Positions 33,885 through 45,410 of a stretch of DNA of 64,000 bases are shown here, one piece after another. Made by a program: the position numbers and the translations under genes. Below the pieces are notes generated by a model. It was not told the origin of the DNA and did not search any database. It saw only the letters and a list, made by a program, of their open reading frames with translations. Within the stretch, counting starts at the first letter, position 1. Every line of letters starts with the position of its first letter. Source of the stretch: Podarcis cretensis (taxonomy: Eukaryota); the NCBI GenBank assembly GCA_951804945.1, contig OX638158.1, positions 7,068,001-7,132,000 on the forward strand, given 5' to 3'.

Positions 33885-35109
33885 CTGCTGCTACTTCATC
33901 CTTTTTAATTAGAGAAGATTCCAGGCATTGAACCTGGGGACTTTGACATGCAGAGCATCTACTCTATCACTGAGTTACAGCCCTTCCTCATAGATCATGT
34001 ACCTTATGAACTTTCTCCAGGTGTCCAAAGCTAGGACATCAGGCAAATACAGGACACTCTTGGAAAATACAATCGTGATCCCCAAAGCAAAAGTCCACAA
34101 ATGAACTAATAGACCAACTATTTCTGAATTCAAGGTGCAGGACAAAAGAAGATGGAGAATCATTCTCTGTATACTGGAGCTTCAGAAGTTAATGAAAAAC
34201 ATTTTAGGAAGGGTCAAATTTTATTTTTAATCTTTCTCTAAAGGGAACTTGTATTCCTTAGATTCAAGAACGTCACACAATTCTTTAAAGGTCACTGTCT
34301 ATTTTAACTTTTTACAAAGAATAAAGTCACCCGATCTAAAGAAGCAGCCATTGTTTTAAGTATCACTGTTAGTTTGCTAAAGCAATAGGGGGGAAAAGCA
34401 AAGAAGCAAGTGTGTTCTTTTAAGAAATGAAATGAAAAATATCAAAGAGGCAAGGGCTGAAAGTTTGAAAGTCTCACTTTAAAGAGCCTAATAGCCTCAG
34501 GAGTATTATTTTGTTCTCAGCCGAGTCAAGCTTTTCTTCAGCAACATCCTTCAACCGCAGCAGCTGCCAATCACCATCCGCCAGCTATCCTCCAAATTAA
34601 ATGGAAGAACAATGTTAATGAGACCACTGCAATCAGAATTTCAAGGACATCGATGCAGCACACTTGAGGCCACATGGAAGGCAACAGGGAGGACAAACCC
34701 TTCAATTTTGGAGGAAACTGCAATGCCAGGGATTTTCGCGGCCTCTGGAAAAGGTTTGTGCTGATATTAAACCAACAGACCCTCATGGCATTAATCACAT
34801 TAACTGCACTGTTTTCAAGCTTAACACAGTCTGGGCATAAAATATTTCTAAACTCTTGGAATGCTGCAAAACCGTGCATTAGAATTTATACTAACATGTG
34901 CTTATGAGCAATAGTGGCTAGAGCCCCCACTCATTTTCAAAATTAGTGATGCCCAACTGCACCCACTCCCAGATCTTCCCACCAAGCAACTCACTCCCAT
35001 GTCACCCTTGTCTCCCGCTATCACCCTTCCCATATGTATCAAACATATTTTGTGGCCATATGTCCCGTGTGCATCAAACCTTTCATATCTGCAAAAAAAT
35101 TACTGAAGA

Positions 35110-35558
35110 TGTCAGTTGCTGTTGTGGTTGCTCGAGAGTAACCAGGCAGGACTCCGACCTGTCTTTTACAGGCTTTATTTTGGTGCAAACTATTTACAGT
35201 GCGGAGCGTCATAAGTTCATGTCTGGCTCAATTGCTAGCAGAATCCAGGAGTGGTCTGTTCTTGTACCTCCTCCAACATAAAAGTTACGTCACCCCCAGC
35301 CTTTTCCGCCCCTCCCTGCGCCTCTAGCTACTGCGCATGATGGGCAAAGTCAGGGGTGTGCTTCCCTCCTCTCTAGTTTGCTCAGGCGCGGTGTTAAGGC
35401 TCTTTCTAGCATCCTCTCATTCTTGCACCTCTTCTCCACTGGAGATGGGGGTTTCCTCCTCGCTGGAAGAGGAACTGCTTTGCAAGATTTTCAGAGGCTC
35501 CCTGTAACACAATTCCCCCTCTATCTCTCACCTCTGAGCCGATGGCAGTTCCCTGACA
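35110..35558 (-). mobile_element. Solo LTR related to the Gypsy element
   Basis: TGTCAG...CTGACA termini and GAAGA TSD (35105-35109, 35559-35563). Terminal 20 bp (ccgatggcagttccctgaca) and ccaacataaaag are shared with the full-length LTR. AATAAA on minus near 35174-35179. Confidence 0.9.
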
Positions 35559-36379
35559 GAAGAGAGTGTTGTGTAGTACACAGGGCGATTCACTGAGGCA
35601 GCCTAGAGCCTAAGCTCTCCAACAGAGATTTTGTAAAACTAGATTCTAGAGGAAAAGAAACAAATTGGATAGAATAAACCAGGCTATAAAAATCCAGGTC
35701 TCTAGCAGAATTTGACCATCTGGCCTGCAAAACTGAATGCCAAGGGGTTTCTGGGCATTTTGTCCTGAACCTATGATGAGCAATTTTTCCTGACTTGACG
35801 GTACAGACTTGGCAGTACAGAATCAGCCCCCCCCCCCCCCGGTAATATAACTTCGTATCGCTTTGCAATAGGTTTTTTTAATGCACAGCATGGGCAAAAG
35901 GGTGCTTGCAAATCGAACGTTTTAGCCAAGCTGCCACAACTCACCAATACCAAAAGCCCCATCACCCCACTGCAGGGAACTGAACCTGTACTCGAGTTAG
36001 AAAGGAGGGATTCCTTCAATGTGCAACTGTAAGACTCATCTGGAAATTGAATTAGGCATTGTCCTCTCCGCCTTAGATGCTGTTGACTCCTTTGTTCTTT
36101 TCCTACAGGTCTATTTTGTCCATATTCACAGAACTGATTCTACCAGGTACTTTGATATTTCAAGGGATCTTAACAAACAGTCATGTGAAAGCAGAGGAAA
36201 AGAAGAGGAATGAAATATACCATTCTCTGTTTTGGAAAGGAGAGAGCCATGATGTCTAATAGCACAGGGTTGTAACTCATTTCGGAGTTTTCTCCTGCCA
36301 CTAAAATATCATTATATGTGACCTAATGGACAGCAAGCTAAAGGCAAAATAAGGAGTTGGTTAAGAGTCATTTCACATT

Positions 36380-36620
36380 TTGTGGGCCTGGGCAAACACT
36401 GATAACTCCACAACTAGTCAGTCATAATTCACTGTATGTGGGGTTACTCTTATGCCTAGTTTGGAAACTGCAGTTAGTGCAAAATGCAGTTGGTGGAGTG
36501 CACAGTTGGATACCCAGGTTTACACATATACACCAAGGTTGAAAGTGCTGCACTGCCTGCCTATTACCTACTGAACTAAGTTCAAGCTTTTGTTGTTAAC
36601 AATGTAAACCCCTAAGCAAT
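36380..36620 (+). mobile_element. Old L2 fragment
   Basis: NSLYVGLLL..VWKLQLVQNA motif. Confidence 0.6.
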
Positions 36621-37214
36621 GAGGCACATAGCAACCCCCTCACCCTGCTGTAGACAAATCCAGATTCAGCAAGAAGCTGAGTCTGTGCTGCATCTGATCC
36701 TTCTTCCCCAAACAACACCTGAAACGGCAGTGCTTTCTGCAACTTGGCATGCAAAAAATTTCAGAGAAGCACCTTAATTGTGCCAAAAGAGCCTACAACT
36801 CCATTAATCATTTTATCCTGGAGTAGCTTATACGTGCTATTACATCTTTAACTGGAGGTGTCTTATTGTTCTTTTCAATCAAATATTTAGTACTGCAGTA
36901 ATTATGCTCTCAACGAACTGCTAAATTAAAGAACTAAATTAGTAACATGCCTAAAATGTCAGAGAGAGAAATCTAATGTCTCTGTTACTAGAGAGTGCAG
37001 ATGCAGGGATGCACCTGAGAGGCTGCTGCAAACACATAGGAATCAAAGGCAAGTTACTGCACCTTTTATTTTAATATTAAGCAAGGCAGAATATGTGATC
37101 TGGGGCAAATCACGGTGAAAACTCCAAGATAAATCTCTTCCAGGATGTGTTGCTCCTCCACCTCCTCCTTAGTTGCACAACAGTTGAGTCCCCTGTCCTT
37201 TCAGTTGTGCCACA

Positions 37215-37359
37215 TAGGGTTGCCATATGTCCTCTTTTTCCAGGACACATCCTCTTTTTCATAGGTATGTAAAATGAGAGTTGTCAAAGCAATCCATAGT
37301 TAAAACTAGAAGTTGGCAAATGTGTCCTCTTTTCTGCTCTTCAAAATATGGCAACCCTA
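37215..37359. mobile_element. Short MITE
   Basis: Perfect 14-bp TIR TAGGGTTGCCATAT / ATATGGCAACCCTA; internal repeat tgtcctcttt. Confidence 0.75.
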
Positions 37360-39296
37360 TCTGAACATACTTAAACCTTGAAATCAACCAGACTTAAAGG
37401 AGCTTAGATTTGATTAGCTTTTGCCCTAAATCCATCTGCCACTAGCTATAAAATAAAAATGTTTTCAGACAAACAAAAATAGACACACATCAAGAAGATC
37501 AGTTCTCATCTGCCTGCTTTTAAAAGAAAAGCTTCCCAAGCTTCCCAAGTCTCAATGATGAGGCACATCCAACATGCCTGCTCTGGAAAGCACTTAACCT
37601 AGTATTCTATAAAACAGAAAATCAAAAAAGAAGGATGGTCCCACAAACATTCCCTAGAAGGTAGAAAAAGAAAAGGAGAAAAAGAGAAGGGAGACAGAAA
37701 GGCTCCATTCATTTTTAACAGCATCAACACCTTGGTTTTCCTTTCCTTCATCCTAGGATTATTTCCATCTGTTAGTTACTCAGTTAAAACCTTCATTATT
37801 AATTTGATTTAAAGGCACTCTAAGGTTTCTTCCACTACTCAAAGCCCTCTGCTTAAAAACAGTTACAAAAATAAAATGGGTACTAATAGGTCAAGATATC
37901 ACTTGCAACAGACAATCTCTAAGCTGAAGGAACACAGCCATGAGGTAAAGCACACGGCACACCACGTAGGCGTGATTGCACTAATCTTGACAATTGCTTC
38001 TTCACCCAATTTCTGCCCACTACTCCCATCTGCTCACAAAATGCATCAACACATCAGTGTTTGGGAACGATTCAGACACCCACAAAACCAATCTCATATG
38101 TCTGAGCTATGCTTTACGGTACTCTCACTTTTAAAGGAGTTAAGGTTCTCCCTCAAATTATGAGCGTTCGAAACAAAGCTAACAGTTCTGCGTTAGAATA
38201 ATGTTAATAGCAGCAAGTTGTTTTGCTGCAAGAAATGATGTGCTATTCTAATGGTCTCTCTGGCTTCAGAGTAGACCTATCAAGGGGATAGGGCACTCAC
38301 CAAAAGTGCGTATACAGACTGTCCTCACGATCAAGATTCTGCAGTTCCGCTTTGTACTAGCTCTAGTATTGGAGAGTTTATGCCTCTGGTATCCATTTCA
38401 CTGCATATCTTTATAGCCACTGACCAGATATTTATGAAAGGAAGGAAAGGGGAAACTGTGCCCCTCCTAATTTTGTTGAACTCCCAACTTCCATCCGTCC
38501 CAGTCAGCACAGCCAGTGGTTGTGGCCACAATGAGAAAGGCCACAGATGTTATATTCTTGATGTAAAGCATATGAACAATGAGACCTATACAGGATATAA
38601 CCCATTGGGATATTTGGTTGTATGCCCCTTTGTTGTCTTGGTTCAGTTATGCACTTGTATTTAAGGAAAAGACTGGCCAGAACCAGACAGGCTCTCCGCA
38701 GGAACCATTTTGGAAAAGAGCCCAAATCAATTCTCCACTGGAAATCCCAGCAGGAATCTATCCAGCAGCTGTACCTGAGGCATGATGACAGAAAGAGACA
38801 GGTGTTTTTGAACTGCGGCATTTTTACAAGAGATAGAGGCAGTCCCACCTTCAAGTACAAGAAGGTTGAAATCTGCTTATGCAACATTTGATAACTTAAC
38901 AAGCATTTCCCTCATGCTCTTCAGATGTTAGGACAAAGCAAAGGAAGACATTGAGGGCATTAAAACACTTGGGACCTCAGTCAGTTTTAAAGAAGACAGA
39001 ACTCACCACATTCTAAACTTTATTTCAGAAAGACGTGCAAAAGACTTTGTGCACAGAATCCAAACCTGAACAGTGTCATCAAGGACAGTTTTCAACATTT
39101 AAGACTCCGGAAAACCTGAACATTGTCCCCCCCTACAACAGCTGCACAATTACAGTGCTTGGTGAACACAAGTTACATCATAGGAGGCATCACAGAGCAC
39201 ATACTCACATGTAAGATGGCATCTGCAATGCTCATTTAATTCCTATGGTCCAGACACACAGAGACTTGGGTCTACAAGGTGTCCGCTTGTAAATTA

Positions 39297-39538
39297 CAGT
39301 GGTACCTCTGGTTAAGTACTTAATTCGTTCCGGAGGTCCGTTCTTAACCTGAAACTGTTCTTAACCTGAAGCACCACTTTAGCTAATGGGGCCTCCTGCT
39401 GCCGCTGCGCCGCCGGAGCACAATTTCTGTTCTTATCCTGAAGCAAAGTTCTTAACCCGAGGTAATATTTCTGGGTTAGCGGAGTCTGTAACCTGAAGCA
39501 TATGTAACCTGAAGCGTATGTAACCCGAGGTACCACTG
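39297..39538. mobile_element. MITE family A
   Basis: Same TIRs, TA TSD. Confidence 0.9.
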
Positions 39539-41387
39539 TACGTGTGATTCCACAGTGCGACCCAGAATTGTATTTGGGAGTGTTCTAAGGGAAGCACTGC
39601 TTGAATGTTTTGATTTGCTCATACTGTACGCTTTGTTATCTTGCATATTCCATTCACCCCGGCGCAAAACAAGGACTGCCTGTACTTATACAAAAAAGCC
39701 CAGCATGCATCATTTTGGCCAGAACTTCCCATTGGTCTGTCGGGATATCAAGCCCTTTATCAGGAGGAACTGGCAACAATCCTAGGCACCCGGCTTGATT
39801 CCCTGTTGACCTCCCTGGCTGCATTCCCCAGCAGGCGCAGGCAAGGTCTCGATCGGCGATTCTTCTCAAACGTGAGAAGAACACACACCCTCTTCCCTGC
39901 CCCCCTGGGCAGGGGAAAGAGATAGACAGAAACGTATTTACATGCTTTGATTTATGTCTTTGCAGCATTACAAAAACGTGACTGCTCTCTTCAAGCTCCA
40001 GCAGTCTAGTGACAAACACTTCCTGGATAGGAATAAACGGAAGAGCTCATATTACACTCCGAGCTAATTCCGGTGCTTCGCACTGTGAATAGACTGTCCC
40101 TCTGATTCCCACGGGCAGTCCCAACATTCCCATCATGTTTACTTTTCAAGCTAGCACTTTGCAGCTGCATTGCATCCATATCGTAACATGGTCCACCTGC
40201 CAATGAAGGCACAGGTGGCAAATATCCAAGTACTACAGATAGCTCCTTTCCCTAGACCAATAACCAAGCGCCTCAAGCCCACAGATAAACACAGCATCAA
40301 AGCAAGCCTATTAGCATACATCAAATCGTGTGAACAAACATAGGTAAGCTTATTCATTCAGCAACTATCACTTAGTCTTGGGATTATCCTGACTACCAAG
40401 AATGTGACATCATCACATGGTTAAGTTTCCGTGTCTCCAACCAGCGGAATGGTGGCAGATATGTTCACAACCTAAAAGCACCAAAGCCATAGCACAAGGT
40501 GATCGATCGCTATGCTCTGCCACTACAGTTGGAGGCAGCAATGCTTCTGAATAGCAGTTGCTGGGAACTGCAGGAGGCAAAAGTGGTCTTGTGCTTGAAT
40601 CCTGCTTGCTGGTTTCCCACAGGCATCTGGTTGGCCACTGTGAGAACAGGATTCTGGACAAGATGGGCCACTGGCCTGATTCAGCAAGCTCCTTCTTACA
40701 TTTGTAGGTATTCCTAAACATTGCAGAGGGAGGGATTCACCACAAGGATGCTGGGTTTTTTTAAAGGCATCTCTGTGGCTTATATAGCTCAACCCTTCAT
40801 CTTCACTATTATTTAAAAACTAGTAAAATCCTGCTCTCGTACACTGGATTCCTGTCACTGGTCCACAAGGAAAGGCAGATGTGAAAATTCCAAAGAAGCA
40901 ATTCAGAAGAAAGAAGAAGCAGCTAAGCCAGCTGCTGCTGGCTGGAAAGCCAGACAGGATGTTTGTGACTGTTGCCATGGCAATAAAGGGGCAGTCCATT
41001 CTCCGTATTGAGCACCGGATGTGAGCTCAGTGTGTGTGTCATATGATCTGTACAGGATGTACATGGGTGGAGTCAGTTTGTGAGTTTCTCTGTTGTTCAA
41101 AGAGTGCAGACATCTTTATCTGTATGGCTGCTAGAGACAGAAATAAAGACATGTAAATACCTTTCTGTCTGAGTCTGATTCCCCTCCCTGGGGATATGCA
41201 GGGAGGAGGAGAAGCAGTGGTGTGTTTTTCTCACCGTCTGGGAAAAATCGCCGATACGGACCTCATCTGTTTTTCCTGCCGGGAGTCGCGGGAGGGAGGT
41301 CAAAAGGAATTCAGCCGGTGCCTGGAGACTGGCACATCCCTCTGACCGAGGCAGAAATCCAACAGTATACACATCTAAAGTTCTTAC

Positions 41388-41565
41388 CTGCAAGACATCC
41401 TGAATCTTTACCCACACATCCGCCATGTCATATAACTTGATATCGCCATCATACTGACTGGAGGGAGAAGTCACAGTCTGCTGAAGATGCCCCAGGACAA
41501 CAGCATGAGCAGCAGCAACGGCATTGAACTTCTCAAAGAGAAGCTCCAGAAGTTCCAGAAGTAAT
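41388..41565 (-). CDS. EXOC4: EXOC4 coding exon, probably exon 7 (178 bp)
   Basis: (R)[59 protein letters not shown]. ctttag| acceptor, |gtaag donor. I did not find the next exon in 1-41387, so this appears to be one long intron. Confidence 0.97.
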
Positions 41566-42203
41566 CTAAAGATCGTTTAGAGGGATGAGGAAAAACAGAT
41601 AATTCGTCACTTAATACTGTTCACATTTCAAGGGCACTAAATAAAGAAAGCGGCATTACGGAAGTCCTGCCATGACCCCCCAACTCCAAGCAGTGACCTG
41701 GGCATGGACACATAATGGTGAAAAGCCAACCAAAAACAAGATGGAATTTTTAATGGGGATATTCAGTGAAATTTTCTCTTTAGGTTTTTCATGTAACGCT
41801 TGAATGCACATGCTCATTAAACTTGAAGCCCTTAATATTAGATGGAGCCAACTGCATTGGAGAGCCTGACAAGTTGTGATGGAGTCAGTTTATGAGGCAA
41901 AATGCACCCTTCCAGCTCCTAGACCAGAGTCAGAAAAATAGGCACATGCACCAAACACAGACCATCACTGGCCATCATTGATTAAGGATGTCAAAAAACA
42001 ATGAATCGCATCAGTTATTTTAATAGCCAATTTCTCCTCTGCTGGCTCATCCTACATTGGAAGTTCTAGGTGTTCGCTAATAGACTTCAGCTGAAGGAAA
42101 TGAGAAGCTGTGCACGCTGCTAAAATGCAGTTTCTGTAGTATGGAGAAATTCTGAAGCCAGACTTTTTCTTCCTTTCCACTCCACCCACCCAGACAAAAC
42201 TGG

Positions 42204-42205
<2 letters not shown>

Positions 42206-42247
<42 letters not shown>
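42206..42247. repeat. (TG)n microsatellite
   Basis: About 21 perfect units. Confidence 0.95.
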
Positions 42248-42249
<2 letters not shown>

Positions 42250-44951
42250 ACGATATGCAATGTTTCTTTTCTGATCAAATCTAAATTTACTTTGCTACTT
42301 AAGGAATATAACACAAATGAATATAGTCGCCTTACTACACAGCTGTCTAATCATCCTGTCACATTATGTATAATTTGGCATACAAAAATGCACTCTTTGG
42401 TATATTTATGAACATTTCAAGTACATAAATGTCTTGAGTTCTTCCGACAGACTTCAGAGAACTGAAGGTTTGCACAGACCGAAATAAGCTGCTCTGCTCT
42501 TTCACATGTTTGTACATTTCAAGCACAGATTAATTTATTTTGAATGCTGCAGAAGATGGAAGAATCTAAAACCAGCAAGAGGATTTGAGAGTCATACATG
42601 CTGATAGTATATGGGAATTTTAGTTGCCTAACTTTAGATTGTTGCCAAACTTTAGATTGTTGTATGTAATTATTAGCAAGCAATTTGAAGGGCTAACAGA
42701 CAGCTAACAACAAATTTTAACACCTTGCCTTATGGAGCATTTCATTCATCATTCTTAAAGAGAGAGTAGCTCATAAGTGTAAGTATGTGTTTTCTTATAC
42801 CACGGACATTTTGAAACTGAGTTTTTAAGTTTAATTATTTGATGTGTGTAATTATGAATCTATCTACTTCAAACTATCTGTGCTTATTTATACAGTCTGA
42901 AGACTAATTCAATAAATCAGATTCAAAACTTTTTCTGTCCAACTTCCCATTTTTCATTAGAAAAAGTCCTCTCACACACGCAAAAAAACTCATCCCACCC
43001 TCCCACCCAAATAAAACATTTCCGGACCTTCATGTACACAGTTCTATGCATAACTTATTGTTGCTTCATACCACCTCAAAGCATTTTTAAATAACAGGAA
43101 ATGTTGGTCAAATGCAATAAATGTTATGCTTCAGGTTTATGAAGAGAGTTCAGTGTTTGAAAGTATATAACGTTCTTACACTGGAACTGAAGAAATCCCA
43201 TTTGCACTTTTATATGGTATCTCCACAGAAACATCTGGGGAGGAGCCTTAAAACCAAACCTGCAAATTCAAAAAACCTCAAGCCTCATCAACTGTACCAA
43301 TTACCAAGATATCCTATTATACATCAGGTGCTTATTGCTAGATTCTAATCAAAATGGCTCTCTCATTAACTGTCCCTATGCCTTTTTAATGGTCCAGTTA
43401 TTGTAACTAATGTACCATGACAAAACCCATAACTGTTCTGTGGCCAATGCAGCAACTTGCCACACTGAAAATTCAACATTACTTAGAAAACAGAAAATTT
43501 CCAGTGTCTGTTGCTGCTTACATTGTTAGATGGACAGATGTAAGATGCAAGGTAACAGAAATGGTTTTGATATCAATGACATACTAGACACCTGGCTTCA
43601 ATATTATTGTGGCTAACCATATAGACAGTGAATTGTGGGCATAAAGAAGAATTGCATCCAACATTAGTTCAGATGTTTCAATGTACATTTGTTTAGAGGT
43701 ACATAAATCACATAGGCCTTTGTTTTAATTGGCTGCAGTAATAAGAAGACAATTTGAGCAATCTGAACTGTAACTTTTACTTGCAAGGAACTGCTCCAAA
43801 TATTGTTTTGATTTACCAGCACAGCAGCCCTGCACTACCTGCCTCCTGCCTTCTCCCTCTGTTTGGTCCACTTTTGCTCAACTGAATTCCAGAAAATTAC
43901 TTAACGCTGATGAGATACCTCAACTCATTTTCAGCCTGCAAATACAACAGGCCTTCTGATGTCACATTAGACCCTTGTTACATTTGTAAGTGCTGCTCAA
44001 GTGTCACACCCCGATGCCATAAGCTTGTGTTGCCCAAACATTTATTACTCCAGACTTTAGAGCATAAATCCTGCAACTCTGAACTACGGCCAAGCTTATT
44101 ATTGTTATTGTTCTCACTTTATCCCAACGCTCTCCATAGGGAAATGCCCCTAAACCTCGTGGCTTAATTTTGCAGTCCCTTTTCTCTGGACCTTTTCTAA
44201 ATCTGTTATTCCATTTCTGAGACAAGGTGACCGAAGACCAAATACAGTTGGGGTGCAGAAGGGAACAAAAGGCTGCTGTAAAAAGCAGCATTTCCTCTTC
44301 TTTTGCCTACCCAGTGGCACTTGTTTGTTTCTTTTAAGGACGAGTGACCTCCACAGCACATCTGCCTACGCTGACAAAGGTCCACTTGGGCAGTTTGACA
44401 GTCCAAGTTCATAGCATCACCACAAAAACACAGTAAATATGTCGACAGAAAGTGACACAGGCCCCGAGGCCGCTCATGTTTGGGCAGTAAGTGGGCAAAG
44501 CATGATGCAGTATGACTGCTGATACTTGAACGAGGTCACCAGTGGTGATTCACGCACGCTGCATTCATCAACATGCTTTTCTGGATCAGGCTAACCTTCC
44601 TCAGCAAAAGTTGGAAAAGGGCACGTAACTCAAATTGACAAAGTAACAAAAAGTTGACACAGGTTGCAAAGAATTTGGTTGATGCATCTGGATAATGGTT
44701 ACCCTTTGAGCACAGGCTGGAATAACTGTCCCTCTTTAAAATGATGACCCTCTCAGGACTAAACTCAGGTGCCCCCAGAGCAGGGGACATGAGCAACTTA
44801 CATACTTTCCAACCCATTCAATCTCATAAAGTCATCCAGCCTCTCCAGGTTGCAAGGAACTAAATTATGGGGCACTCCGAACACTGCTTCTTCACGCACT
44901 ACATTCCCCCCCCACACACACACCAGATATATTCCTGAGATTTTTAAAACT

Positions 44952-45410
44952 GTCCTGGAGGAAGAACTGTGAGGGCGGAGACTCCATCAGGCAAGGCCTC
45001 TTTCCACCTGCCTTGTCCTACCATCTAGTCTCTGTTTCTCAATTTGTATTATATTATTTTATGTACTGTGGCTTGCCATTGTTTTATTGATTATAGTTTA
45101 GAAATTATTTATTGTGCTTAACTTTTATGTTATTATTATTATTTAATACTATTCTAATGATTGTTGAATGTTCCTTTTTTGATGTAGGTTGCCGATTTTA
45201 AAGTTATGTTTTATTATCACATTTTTGTATTGCATTAGATTGTTATAAGATGTACATTTCTTCAGCTTGTAAACCGACTTGAGTATTGTTAGATAAAAGA
45301 CGGTATACAAATTAAAAATGATGATGATGATGATGATGATGTTAAAAGATATAGGTGGAAAGCGGCCTTGCCTGATGGAGTCTCCGCCCTCACAGTTCTT
45401 CCTCCAGGAC
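44952..45410 (+). repeat. LINE-like 3' fragment with (ATG)n tail and 58-bp terminal foldback
   Basis: L2-like tail tgtaaaccgacttgag...cggtatacaaattaaaa(atg)8; arms 44952-45009 and 45353-45410 are reverse complements with 1 mismatch. Confidence 0.85.

Noticed and set aside
1-41387. Downstream EXOC4 exon 8 (MLLTEYLDMK...)
   Set aside because: Not found by eye or in the ORF track; probably lies beyond the window start. A tblastn search would settle it.
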